A stretch of 63,836 nt of DNA, filler included, from Reticulomyxa filosa (taxonomy: Eukaryota > Protista > Foraminifera): the NCBI GenBank assembly GCA_000512085.1. It is 27 parts of 27 records of this genome, joined end to end, with 100 filler letters (N's around TTAATTAATTAA, not from the genome) between each part and the next. Parts side by side here need not be neighbours in the genome. Positions count along the whole stretch, not along the records: positions 51,332 to 53,359 come from ASPP01021772.1; positions 53,460 to 56,087 come from ASPP01013630.1; positions 56,188 to 57,288 come from ASPP01005020.1; positions 57,389 to 59,316 come from ASPP01003597.1; positions 59,417 to 60,511 come from ASPP01029036.1; positions 60,612 to 61,671 come from ASPP01011414.1; positions 61,772 to 63,836 come from ASPP01023851.1; 20 more parts are not named here. One strand, written 5' to 3'. Positions 52,598 through 63,836 of the stretch are shown in pieces. A program made the translations under genes and the position numbers. The notes beneath the pieces are model-generated. The model was not told the origin of the DNA, searched no databases, and worked only from the letters and a program-made list of their open reading frames with translations. Numbering within the stretch: position 1 is the first letter of the stretch; each line of letters begins with the position of its first letter.

Positions 52598-52910
52598 TTA
52601 GTATCTCTTAACTATTTTTTCCAACTCTTTCGATAGCCTGAGTATCAGTTCGTCATCAAATGGTTTTCCCCATACTTGTATTCCAACAGGGAGATCTTTT
52701 GCTTCATTCATGTATAGATTCAACTTTTTGGACATAGAATCTTGTTCTTTGGGTGGCAAGGTTTTGACGTCATAAAGTGTTTCATCTTCACGCACAAATG
52801 TAATCGGACCGATGGCACAGCTTGGAGCATCCAACACATTTTGTAATAGCTGATAGGAAAGCCCATTCAAAAAATCGGTACAAAAGTGTAATGGCATTGC
52901 TGTGTATCAC
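52598..52910 (-). pseudogene. Amidase-signature (FAAH-like) C-terminal fragment
   Basis: LSYQLLQNVLDAPSCAIGPITFV..KDLPVGIQVWGKPFDDELILRLSKELEK. There is no room for the 5' part before the WD40 gene end about 100 bp upstream. Confidence 0.7.
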
Positions 52911-53008
52911 ACAATGAGATTGAGAAACTGTGATGTGTAATTCCTGCAATTTTGTATTTTTTGTTGATGTATATTCCTTTTTAAAAATAAAATTTTATGC
53001 ATATTCAC

Positions 53009-53359
53009 TCATACCCAAACATGAATTGGGCCTTTGTTTGAACCATAAAATAAACTAACACAACAACAATTGTTCTTTACTTCCTTTTCCAACGATACAA
53101 ATTTAAGACATATTATTCCATCATCTTTTTCATTGTCTCCTTTTATCACATATAATTCATTCTTATTTGATCGAATATCCCAAAAACGAATTGTATTATC
53201 ACGTGATCCAGAACATATCACATTTGAATTACCAATACTATTCTTTATTACAAATGGTGAATATTCAACAGTATACACATCACTTGTATGTCCATTGAAC
53301 ACTTGAATTTGTTGATTAGATCGTATATCCCATAAACGGACACTTTTATCATTTGATCC
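53009..53359 (-). CDS. WD40-repeat protein, C-terminal fragment (expanded family)
   Basis: GSNDKSVRLWDIRSNQQIQVFNGHTSDVYTVEYSPF..ICSGSRDNTIRFWDIRSNK..LFYGSNKGPIHVW. Confidence 0.9.
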   Translation of the reverse strand, partial: GSNDKSVRLWDIRSNQQIQVFNGHTSDVYTVEYSPFVIKNSIGNSNVICSGSRDNTIRFWDIRSNKNELYVIKGDNEKDDGIICLKFVSLEKEVKNNCCCVSLFYGSNKGPIHVWV

Positions 53360-53489
53360 NNNNNNNNNNNNNNNNNNNNNNNNNNNNNNNNNNNNNNNNN
53401 NNNTTAATTAATTAANNNNNNNNNNNNNNNNNNNNNNNNNNNNNNNNNNNNNNNNNNNNATATATATATATATGTATATGTATATATAA

Positions 53490-54220
53490 AAAGGTTCTTG
53501 GCAGATTGGAATAAAAGTACTCTCATCGGACGGATTTTCTGAATCAGATAATAAGTTATCCCAATCCATTTGCGGCCCAATCTGCAATGTAGAAGCGATC
53601 GTATGAACAACGTTGTAACTAATCCAGAAAATTGTATGAAATGATCCAATCCGCTAAAATCCCCCATTCACACTATGATTCAAATACGATGGCGGGACTG
53701 TTATCACATTCTTCCATCTGCTTTCGAAAATCATCGAACACGTCCTTATTAGCTTTCTTTGAAACTTATCACTTTTCACAAACGTCTTCAATATTGTCCA
53801 ATTATCGTACTTTTCTTTCAATGGCTGCTTCATCATTATCTATTAACATTGCTCTTGATGAATATGTGCCATCACTATTTTCATTAAATATAGTGGCCTG
53901 GACTTGCTTTGTCCCAAAAATCTGCATATCTTTCTCCTTTTGTCGATGCTGTGCCTTTCACTTCTTCTTCTATTCTTCTTTTTTCTACATGACAACGCAA
54001 TATATCAATTGGCATGTCTGATTGCTTTGCATACTCGCGACCCCACGAAGACATCAAACCATTTTCTAAATTGCACTTTTCTTCTTCGTCCAAATGTTCT
54101 TTTCCTTCGAAGACTGATTTTTTATCTAGTCATATTCCATGTTCTAAAGCATACATTTGCCAAAGCTCTTCTGATATCTCCACTTCCATCAATATGAACA
54201 TGGATTATCTGTTGAGGCAT
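53490..54220 (-). pseudogene. Highly divergent tubulin-family pseudogene (N-terminal GTPase part) with a long insertion
   Basis: MPQQIIHVHIDGSG / ISEELWQMYALEHGI* (cf. ACWELYCLEHGI), then a long insert, then TIFNENSDGTYSSRAMLIDND (cf. FNEA.GG.YVPRAIL.DLE) and VFDDFRKQMEECD (cf. VLD.VRKEAE.CD); stops and frameshifts. Confidence 0.7.
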
Positions 54221-54529
54221 CTTCTATATTTCTTTTTCTTCCTTTATTGAAACTCTTCGACTAAAAGCCCTTCCTTTTGCAAAGTCATACTACAAACGAT
54301 TATCTTTTTTATTTTTAGTCTTTGGTTCTCAGGCCATGCAATTATTGATTCATATGCAGATTAAAGCATACATCTTTTGGCTTTCTTTGTGATCCGTTTT
54401 TCATTTTTGTTTTCTTGTACGTAAAGAAATTATTCGTATTGGAAATTTGCGAGTTGTTTAAAGTAATTTTGTCTTTAAGCGTTTGCCTGAACCAAGCAAA
54501 TCCTGAAATTTTTGTGAGTTTTCATTACA

Positions 54530-55877
54530 ATGTCTCTGGAAGAGAAAAGTAAGAGTAACATTATTGAAAATGCTAAAAAAAGTGAAACATCAGAGTTGGA
54601 AGATTCAGATATAAAGTCAATGTGTTTGGACAAACAATGGATGAGACCACTGTTACCACCGGAAGACATTTTGTCAAATTCTCAGGAGAGCGAAAGTATA
54701 GAGACGATTGTACTTGGTAATCTAATCCAGCCACATATGAAACGATGTATTGAGCAAATAATTGGAGTGTTGAATACTGACCTCCCACTGACCGCAATGG
54801 ATTTGGAGCATTTAAAAAGGGTGCATTCCCCAAAAAACAAAGAAGATAAAAAAAGTGAAAAGGGTGGATCACCACAAATTTTGATATGTACAAAAAAATA
54901 TTTTGACGACACCTTGCAATTGGATCTGTGTAATATCAGTGATGAAAGTGCTTGTCCGGCACAAAAAGACAAAGAAAAGGTACATTGGTTGAATGCAATC
55001 TATCAAATGTTATATCCACAAGACGGAGACAAAAGTGATTGGTTGTCAATATTGATTGATAGCCATTTCATTTCGGGTATCAAAGTCCCCAGTTTGGGTC
55101 AGTGTTTGAAAGTTTTAAAAGATAAAAAAAACAACGTCGAACGACAAGGACAACAAAGAAGAGATAACGGCCAGCACATGGCCTTTGCAACATTCATTTC
55201 TTAACACTTTGAAACGCACTTCCCATTTGTCGAAACTGGAAGAGATCAATGTAAATCAAACAATTAGTCATGTGAATATGTTGTATCCAATATATAAATA
55301 TCAGACCGAGTCCGAATATTGTACTGCGAAAGAGTGTTTGGACAAATGTTTAGAGCTGATGTTTTTGCACAACTCTTTGTCGTTTAATAGTGTTTGTATA
55401 TATAATCCGAACAATCGCAAAATTGTTTCTTGTGTTTCCAATTTTTCCCACGTGCAACAAAATCCAATTCAACATGCCACCATGCTTGCCATTGAGCAAT
55501 GTGCTCAAATTACTCTGGCATTACAAACACAAACACAAATGCAAATGCAAACACAAATGCAAATGCAAATGCAAATGCAAGTCAATTCAAATACCAACTG
55601 TTGTAAACTCGATCTGACAAGTTTGGATGAAAATCAATATTTATGTGTTGGACTCGATTTGTACTGCATTTTTGAACCTTGTGTCATGTGTGCAATGGCG
55701 ATTGTCCATTCCAGATTTCGTCGCGTATTTTATGCTTTGCCTCGTAGCTATGGCGTGTTTGGCAGTAACTCTTATATTAACAACATGCATTGCCATCCTC
55801 AGTTGAATCATCGTTTCGACGTTTATCGAGACGTTCTTAAAGACTATGTTTTTCGTAAACTTTCCAACCATTCGTGA
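54530..55877 (+). CDS. ADAT3: tRNA adenosine-34 deaminase non-catalytic subunit
   Basis: DLEHLKRV; KVP..TWP; [11 protein letters not shown] (no catalytic Glu, as expected for TAD3); [37 protein letters not shown]. +1 frame slip near the A8 run at 55124-55131; QT/QM hexamer repeat insert. Confidence 0.9.
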
Positions 55878-56250
55878 TTTTATGCACATTTTATATTTAC
55901 AGACTTTCTTTTTCCTTTCGATGCATACTTTTTTTTTTTGTCATGAGTTGGAGTGAGGCTGAAAAAAAAGTTTTTTCAATGGATATTATTATGCTTAAAT
56001 TGGAGGAAGGAAAAAAGTTTTTGTTTCCTCAAAAATTCGAAATCGAACGCATCTTGTTGTTAATCCTGCAGCCAAAAAAAAAAAAAANNNNNNNNNNNNN
56101 NNNNNNNNNNNNNNNNNNNNNNNNNNNNNNNTTAATTAATTAANNNNNNNNNNNNNNNNNNNNNNNNNNNNNNNNNNNNNNNNNNNNAAAACAAAAAAAA
56201 AAAAAAAAAAAAAACGAACAATTCTAATGTACGGTTGTCGCTTGTAACAG

Positions 56251-56771
56251 AAACCAAATGACAAGGTTTCATATGGAATGGTATGGCTGGATATCGAAAC
56301 AAACCCTTCCACAGGCTGCAGCTGGACTAGCTACAGTGGAAGTGACAACTGCCAGTACATTCAGGACTTAGTTAGTGCAATCAAAAGCAAAGGTGGTGTC
56401 CCAGGAATTTATTCGTCACAGTACATGTGGCAATCGATTATTGGCAGTACATATGGCTGTACCAGTGTCTCAAGTGTTCCTGTATTGTATGCTCACTATG
56501 GTAAGTCTTGAACTTTGTTTTTGCCACACGTCTCCCCCCCCAAATTTTTTTTTTTTCTTTTTTTTATTCGCGCATTTCCTTAAAACCACAATATACCGCG
56601 TTTTATAAATTCGACATTATTAAATGTGTGCCATTTTGTTTTTCAGATGGCGTACAATCCTTCAGTGACTGGCCCAGTGTACCCTTTGGTGGCTGGTCAA
56701 CCCCTGCAATGAAGCAATACTACGGTGATGCCGTCTTGTGCAGCACTGATATTGATGAAAACTATTACTAA
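56251..56771 (+). CDS. GH25-type protist lysozyme, 3' exons 56251-56500 and 56647-56771
   Basis: YGMVWLDIETNPS..NCQYI..GIYSSQYMWQSIIG..LYAHY|DGVQSFSDW..FGGWSTPAMKQYYGD..LCSTDIDENYY. Confidence 0.92.
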
Positions 56772-57393
56772 AATTCATACTGCTTTTTGCAGTTTAAAAT
56801 GTAAATTGTTATTTTTTTTTATATTCCTTCTTTGTTCTTTATTGGTCATGGTGTTGGCAAACAATTTTAATAAATACTGCACCTGCTTTAAAATTAATTT
56901 GAAAAAAAAAAATGACTCTGCGGATGCTTAAGGAAATGTTCAACTGTTTTTTAAAGTGTGCGGATCTTTTATATTCTGCAATTTAAAATTGTAAGATAAA
57001 AAATTACGTCTATGACGACGTATGCTTTAATTATCTCCGGATATGCCGGTTCTAATTGAAGTTTAGGCCAGAAATTACAAAATTTGAGATTTTGTGTAAT
57101 GACCTGTGTAGAAAAAAAATTGCAAGAAAAGTAAAAAAATGTGTTTTCCAAAGTTGTTGATGTAAATAGCCTATAATAACGCGTATTTATTGCATCAAGT
57201 GTAAAAATACAACTAATTTGTTCCTAGATGGTAAGAAAATTATTTTATTTTTTATTTAACTTCAAGAAACATGGTAATAACTTTAAAANNNNNNNNNNNN
57301 NNNNNNNNNNNNNNNNNNNNNNNNNNNNNNNNTTAATTAATTAANNNNNNNNNNNNNNNNNNNNNNNNNNNNNNNNNNNNNNNNNNNNTGAAT

Positions 57394-59312
57394 ATGAGTG
57401 TGGACATGCATAAGAACCATAATAGTAATAGTCATAGTCATGGCCATGGTCATAGTCATCATTCGAACAGCAGTCGCAAAACTCATTTTCCTTATCCCAT
57501 CTTTGAACGCAAGAATAAGAATAATCCACACCCAGAGGGATTTCCTGTGGACGCAGGATTTGAGACCGCAAAGAGTGCCTTTTGGTTTGCTCCTCAACGC
57601 TGGAGTGGACTGACTAATGAACAATATGCCATCGTCAGCGCGAAAGACACAAAATGGCAAAAAGACTGTGACATTGTTCTGAAAACAGATCTGCGCAAGT
57701 ACCGCGATGCCATTTACAATGGCCAGTCTGACGTCATGTCCGATTTCATCAAGCGATACATCACCATGGCACCGCCGGTATATTTCGCTTGTGTGTCTCT
57801 TCCCTATTCCGATCGTGTCACCACCCCGTTTCATCTCGCTGTTCGTCGCGGGCACTTGCATGTTGTCAAGGATATTTTCAAGTTGTTCCAACAGCAGTTT
57901 ATTTGGGCCAAATGCTGGCCGTCGTGTTTTCAATTACCCCAAGAGGATGATGATTATAATCACAATTACAATCACAATCACAATCACAATCAAACCCACA
58001 ATCATACTTATAAATATAATCAAAGTCACAATAACAATAATAATAACAATAATAATAACAATAATAATAACAATAATAATAATAATAATAATAAGCAACA
58101 TGACCATGGGCATAAATATAATCGGCACAAGCATAACAAACGTCGCTTGCTTACCCTTTGCAACTATCACTACTTATCCGACAACCAATTGCGAGATATC
58201 GTTCGTCAGCATCTTGCACGTCAGTACGACAATCCATCTTTGACTGATAGTTGTTTACACCACGCTTTCGACAACTCCACCGATCGACTTGTCGTGCACG
58301 TGTCTGCGAACATGCAGTCTCGCCACGAGGAGAAGCAACAGCAACAGCAACAGCAGAAAAGAAAAAGAAGAAGAAAGAGGAGGAAGAAAAGGGCACGAAA
58401 AAGGAACAAGCAATGGCAACAGTTCAGCATAAGCAAAAAACGCACGTGCAGTCTCAAGCCAATAACAATGACGATGATAGTGATGAGGCGAATGAAAATG
58501 ATGAAAAAGAAGAAGATAGTGATGATGATGATGATGATGATGACAATGGAGATGGTAATGACAATGACAATGACAATGATAATGACAATGATGATGACAG
58601 TGATGATGATAGTAGTGATTCTGTTGACAGTAGCGACGATGTGGCAGAGCTAAAACGAAATAAATGCCTAATTGATATCGCAAGAGGGGAATTATGGTTT
58701 GACACGAAGAAACAAAAGACACTCCCTTTTTATCATAAATTTACAAAGACAATGGTGGACAATGGCAGTGAGGATGATCACAGTAACAATAACAATAACA
58801 ATAACAATAACAATAACAATAACAATGACAGTGAAAGCGAAAGTGAGGACAACAAACAAGGCAAAACGAGGACTCTGATGGAAAAACACAAGTCATCGAA
58901 ACATAAAAAGTATTTAATAACACTGCGCAAAGTGCACTTGCGAGACATAGCAGATAAAAATAACAGCAGCAGCTTTGAAGTAGTTAGACACGAGGAAACA
59001 AGTATCGATTTGAGACATATCCCAAGCGAGTTGGGCGCTTATATGATCCATTACTTCATTAATGCATATGACACTTCGATTCGCACGCCCTTATCCCACG
59101 CCGTGGAAAAAGGACACACTCACGTCGTGCAATGGCTGCTGTCGCTTCCTGGAATCGACGTTGAAAAAGGGGGCGAACATCACGGCGAGTATTGGACACC
59201 TTTGCATTACGCCGCGAGATATGGACGTGTTGACGCTGTGAATTTATTGTTACAGCATGAAGCACATGTCAATGCCATCACCTCGAAAAAGAGTTTTGTT
59301 ATCATTATCTAA
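57394..59312 (+). CDS. Ankyrin-repeat protein with large low-complexity inserts (partial; -1 slip near 58357)
   Basis: TTPFHLAVRRGHLHVVKDI in ORF 57394; RTPLSHAVEKGHTHVVQWLL..TPLHYAARYGRVDAVNLLLQHEAHVNA in ORF 58251. Confidence 0.85.
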
Positions 59313-59726
59313 TTATNNNNNNNNNNNNNNNNNNNNNNNNNNNNNNNNNNNNNNNNNNNNTTAATTAATTAANNNNNNNNNNNNNNNNNNNNNNNNNNNN
59401 NNNNNNNNNNNNNNNNCAAAATACATCTCATCGCGATTCGGTATCTCATTAAGATGCGAGGAGCCACAGGCCCCGATCAAGAAAAAGCCAATGAAAGCCA
59501 TGAAACCAAAGAAAAATCACCGAAGACCCTGAAACCAAAGAAAAGATTTTTGGAGACACGGAAACCGAAGACAAGACCCCTAAGGCCGGAAACCAAAGGA
59601 AAGGCCCCGAGGCCGAAAAACAACTGGAAAGGTCCGATACAAGCAACGATCAAAGAAATAGTCAAAGAAAAGATGCTTCAACTTTTTGTTGGCTTTTGTT
59701 TTGTTTTAAGCTATAGCAGTTTTATT

Positions 59727-60440
59727 TAAGGCAGATCCTTGAGGGACTCCAGTATTGAATTATATCCAATCTGAATTTGTCCGTTCAATACAACACTTCC
59801 AAGTCGATCTGACAAGAAGCTATCGATCCATATAGTCGAAATTTATTTCTCCAAACACTGTCATGTGCTGCAGAGATGTCCAACAATACTGCATAAGCGA
59901 CGGAATTGCAATCGAATGACTTGTGCAACAACAAGTTATCTGTATTGTGCTATGATTGGGATCCTGCTTGTGTTTGATGCAATAAATTAATTTCGTTCAA
60001 CCACCACATTATTAAAAAAAAAAATAAACCCCTTCATCATTGGCAATCAAGACTAATTAAAACAAACCCAGAACGGGAAAACAGTGCTTTCATGCTCTAG
60101 TGAATTGATTATTGTCCTTTAGGACATGCAAATACCAAGGATTTTCTTTTGACCAAAGTAAATTGATGTCTTGTTTCACTGTTTGTTTGAATTATGTTCC
60201 ATTTTTACAATTTTCATTCAGCCAGTTGGAAAAATCCAACTATCTCAATTAAAAAAAAAAACAAACCTTGTGATGATCCTTTCAATCAATTAATAACAAT
60301 GCAATCGGTCGATAATTCTTGCACTATGCGACTGAATTAGTTTCTTTATTCTTTTGCTTACGAAAGCAATTCTTTGATTTATGAACTATCTTTCGTAATC
60401 AACTTAAACAGTCACTCCACCATGGTTTGGGGCTTCGTCG
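59727..60440 (-). mobile_element. Decayed non-LTR retrotransposon reverse transcriptase fragment
   Basis: KPWWSDCLS*LRKIV..; SFDCNSVAYAVLLDISAAHDSVWRN; WIDSFLSDR..VVLNG; FNTGVPQGSAL (LINE RT motifs). Confidence 0.85.
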
Positions 60441-60611
60441 TCAGTTCAGCATCTATTGTAGTGTGTGACTGTGAGATGTGGAAGTGCTTTAAACTTAACG
60501 CGTATCTAAAANNNNNNNNNNNNNNNNNNNNNNNNNNNNNNNNNNNNNNNNNNNNTTAATTAATTAANNNNNNNNNNNNNNNNNNNNNNNNNNNNNNNNN
60601 NNNNNNNNNNN

Positions 60612-60900
60612 ACATACAAATTATTTGCTGTCTGTTGAATATTCACCATTTGCAATAAAGAATAATATTATTAATTCAAATGTGATATGTTCTGGATCAA
60701 ATGATAATACAATTCGATTTTGGGATATTCGATCAAATAAAGATGAATTATATGTGATTGATGGAGATAAGAAAGAAGATAATGGAATATCATGTGTTAA
60801 ATTTATTGTTTTGAAAAAGAAAGATAAGACAAATAATGTTACATATGATTTGGATTTGTGTTATGGTTCAGTCAAAGGTAACATTCGTATTTGGGGATGA
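60612..60900 (+). CDS. WD40-repeat protein, C-terminal fragment (same family as 53009-53359)
   Basis: SVEYSPFAIKNNIINSNVICSGSNDNTIRFWDIRSNKDELYVI..LCYGSVKGNIRIWG. Confidence 0.9.
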
Positions 60901-63836
60901 TTTATTTTTTGTCGTATAAGAAATGAAAGGTTTTTTGTTTGATTAAATTGTTTGATTTGATTTAATGCAAGCATTGAAAGATGTGTTCTATCTTACTTTG
61001 TTGTTTGAAGAAATTCAAAAAGTTGCGTTCAATGTTTTTTGAAGAATAAATAAAATTGTGTTTTCTTCATCGCAAATCATTCTAATTTTTTTAAATTGCT
61101 TTTTTTATGTCTATTTGCTATTCTCTCCTGCAATCAGTATTCTTCATATTTTCGTGCTGAAGGTAATTGATCTCGATTGAATTGCTTTACCCCAGTCCAT
61201 TGAATTATTGTGTTGCAATATTGAGTGAAGAGAACAATCATATACATATCTTTGGAGGAGGAGATGATAAAAAAACAATAGTATCAACTCATATGAAGAC
61301 AAAGAGGATTCTTTACTGTTGGTGATGATTTGATGAAACGCAAATAAATATCATTGTATGCAGCTGATTAACAAATAATAAATATATTATCTAAAATTTG
61401 GTGGATCGAATTATGATAAACTAAGACATTCCAACAACAAAAATAAAATAAAATAAAAGTTAAAAACGTTTCAAAAATTCAAAACAATAATAGCTAAAAA
61501 CAAAAATTAATAAAGTAAAATATCAGTGTTATAGAAAATGATGAAAATGTTTGAAAAAACGTTGATTTTGACTTAGAAAATCGATCATCTTCATAAGATG
61601 TCATTTTGTCTATGCGCTTTTAAAAGGATGATTTTTTCATATACTTCCCCCTTTTAAAAAATCTAAACTACNNNNNNNNNNNNNNNNNNNNNNNNNNNNN
61701 NNNNNNNNNNNNNNNTTAATTAATTAANNNNNNNNNNNNNNNNNNNNNNNNNNNNNNNNNNNNNNNNNNNNATTAAACTTAATTCCATTTTCAATTAAAA
61801 ACAACATGAAAGTTATTCTTGATACAAAAAGAATCAAATTTGGTATTAAAGCAACAAGACCAATGATATTTTTCAACCAGAATTACATTTATCATTGTGA
61901 TCATGCCATTCACCTAAATGAAAAATGAAATCGAGTATTATACTTTGTGCAAATTTTCCAAATCTGTTTTTCAAAATCTTGTTCAAATTTTTAAGAGATT
62001 GATTAAGGATGATGTATTCTTGTTTCAAGATATCCCAATGATGGAATCATTAAAGTACAATAAACAGTAATATCATTAAGAATTGGATTCATACTTATTA
62101 AATTCCATAATTCATCATTGTTTACATCCAATTTGTTTTTTTAAGTAATTTGATCAATCATTTTTTTTTTAATTCATATAAATAAAAATTATGTAAAATG
62201 AATAAAAGATATTTTATCAGTGAAGAAATAAGATTGTTCATTTTCGGAACGATCACGAGTAATGATAATACACAGGTGCAATAAACTCTGCTGTTTTCAA
62301 TGATGAAACAATAGAATGAAATGATTAATGTGGTGTAGTCAACAAATTCCAACTACCACTTAAAGCATTTGTAAGATTACACTAACACTCGATGGATTTG
62401 GAAAATTTGGAACGATTAAAATGGAGTTTTGTCAAGACACCACATATATAATTTTATTTAAGTAAAAATATTGTTGGAAAGTGTAATACGAAAAAGTATG
62501 CTCTATGAGAGATCATTCAATATAAAAAAATAAATGATAAATATTTCAGGCTCACTTGAACCTTGACATTAAATATACTATCTGTCTAAAAAGAGAATAG
62601 ATGTATTTTTTCATGAAACAAGAAAAATCAACAGTATAGTGCAAACCGCTCTGGCAACAGCGAAACTCAGAGAAATAGAATCTCTTTTTTTAAAAAAAAA
62701 ACAACCTTCTTTCTCTTCTTGTTCTTGCTTTTGTCATTTCATTTTTTTTAAAATTAACTATTTGTTTTTATTTTTTTGAATTACTCAAAAATACTATTTT
62801 CTTATTACACTTTGTGCAAGTCTTTAGTAGGTCAGTTTATCACAACAGGAATGAGTAAATGAAAAAATAAAATTAAAAAAATTCTTGTAAAAATATTCAT
62901 TTTTCTTTTTTAGTTGTGTCAGCTGTGTGATGTACACACGATTGAAAAAAGAGCACAACTGAGTTTGTAGACGTATTGTAATGGTACACGCAAGATATAT
63001 TCTTTGTAAGAACGATTTATCACGTTCATTTACTGATTTACTTGCTCCTTTTTCGTATTTTATCGTTGTTATGACAGCAAAAAAATTCAAAATAATTTTG
63101 AATATGATATATTTATTCATTATTTTATCTGTTTTTATGCAAAATATTTAACATTTCTAACGAATATTGATTGCCAAAAAGTGATGACATAAAAACAAAA
63201 AAACATTATTTCAATTGTAATTTTAAATATTGTTTTTTTATTTAACAAGCGCATTAAATAAAAAGAATCTGTTTTCAAAAAAAAATAAAAATATGACTTC
63301 TTTTTTGATGATGATAAAATGACTTGCTCATTCAAAAGTAGTAATTTGAGTGGAAAGATACTTTTTTTGTTCTTGAGACAAACATTAAACTGTTGTATGT
63401 GTGTTCAATCATGTTAATTATATTTAAAATAATTTAATAATTGATTTGAATCTCTCTTCTTTTTGTATGCAAATTTCTTTCCTGGTATGATAGTCATTGA
63501 GACTCTAAAGATCATGTTATTGATCAAATAATCAATCATAATAATATCATTATTACATATAAGACAATGATAATTAAGTAATAGTAAAAACAAACTTCAT
63601 TAAATTGATTAACAATCAGGCTCTTACTCCATTTTTGGATCTCTATGATCAGCTTGTTCATTACATAGAACATTTCTTTTTTTTTTTTTGCAAAATGTTG
63701 AAATAAAAAAAAATAACAAACAAAATGTTTAATTTGCATATTATATGTTGTCTTGATATGAATGCAATTAACTCTTGATTGTATTATCACTTTCTTGTGA
63801 TAATATCTAATTAAATACAAAATATCTTCACAAAAT

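Noticed and set aside
7384-61771. Regularly recurring TTAATTAATTAA palindrome between N runs
   Set aside because: Artificial six-frame-stop linker used to concatenate contigs. It is not biological, and gene neighbourhoods across it cannot be trusted.
61772-62500. Possible decayed kelch-like gene
   Set aside because: Only vague similarity with stops in all frames; not supportable by eye.

Overview
AT-rich eukaryotic (protist) DNA, not one continuous locus. It is about 27 short contigs joined by an artificial 100-nt linker (N44-TTAATTAATTAA-N44, stops in all six frames). Short GT-AG introns, poly-Asn tracts, an expanded WD40 family, divergent tubulins, many pseudogenes and decayed LINEs suggest a foraminiferan such as Reticulomyxa filosa (inference from sequence style, no search run). 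Recognisable genes: a spliced SMIM30/DUF4730-like microprotein missing from the ORF track, a coiled-coil protein ending in a FAIM1-like domain, a PhyH dioxygenase, UBLCP1, a large Sec7 Arf-GEF with an unusual MABP/DCB-HUS-Sec7-PH-FYVE layout, a Methyltransf_24 enzyme, a zf-4CXXC_R1 (CDCA7-type) protein, an F-box protein, G-protein beta, ADAT3/TAD3, a GH25 lysozyme and an ankyrin protein. Pseudogenes or fragments: alpha-tubulin, a very divergent tubulin, a CAP-Gly protein, a kinase and an amidase. The most striking non-coding structures are a 27-bp array of hairpins whose stems keep perfect pairing through compensatory substitutions (51332-51543), an inverted copy of the G-beta 3' end just upstream of the same gene, and a perfect 40-bp palindrome. 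All family assignments are by eye from remembered motifs and need HMM confirmation.
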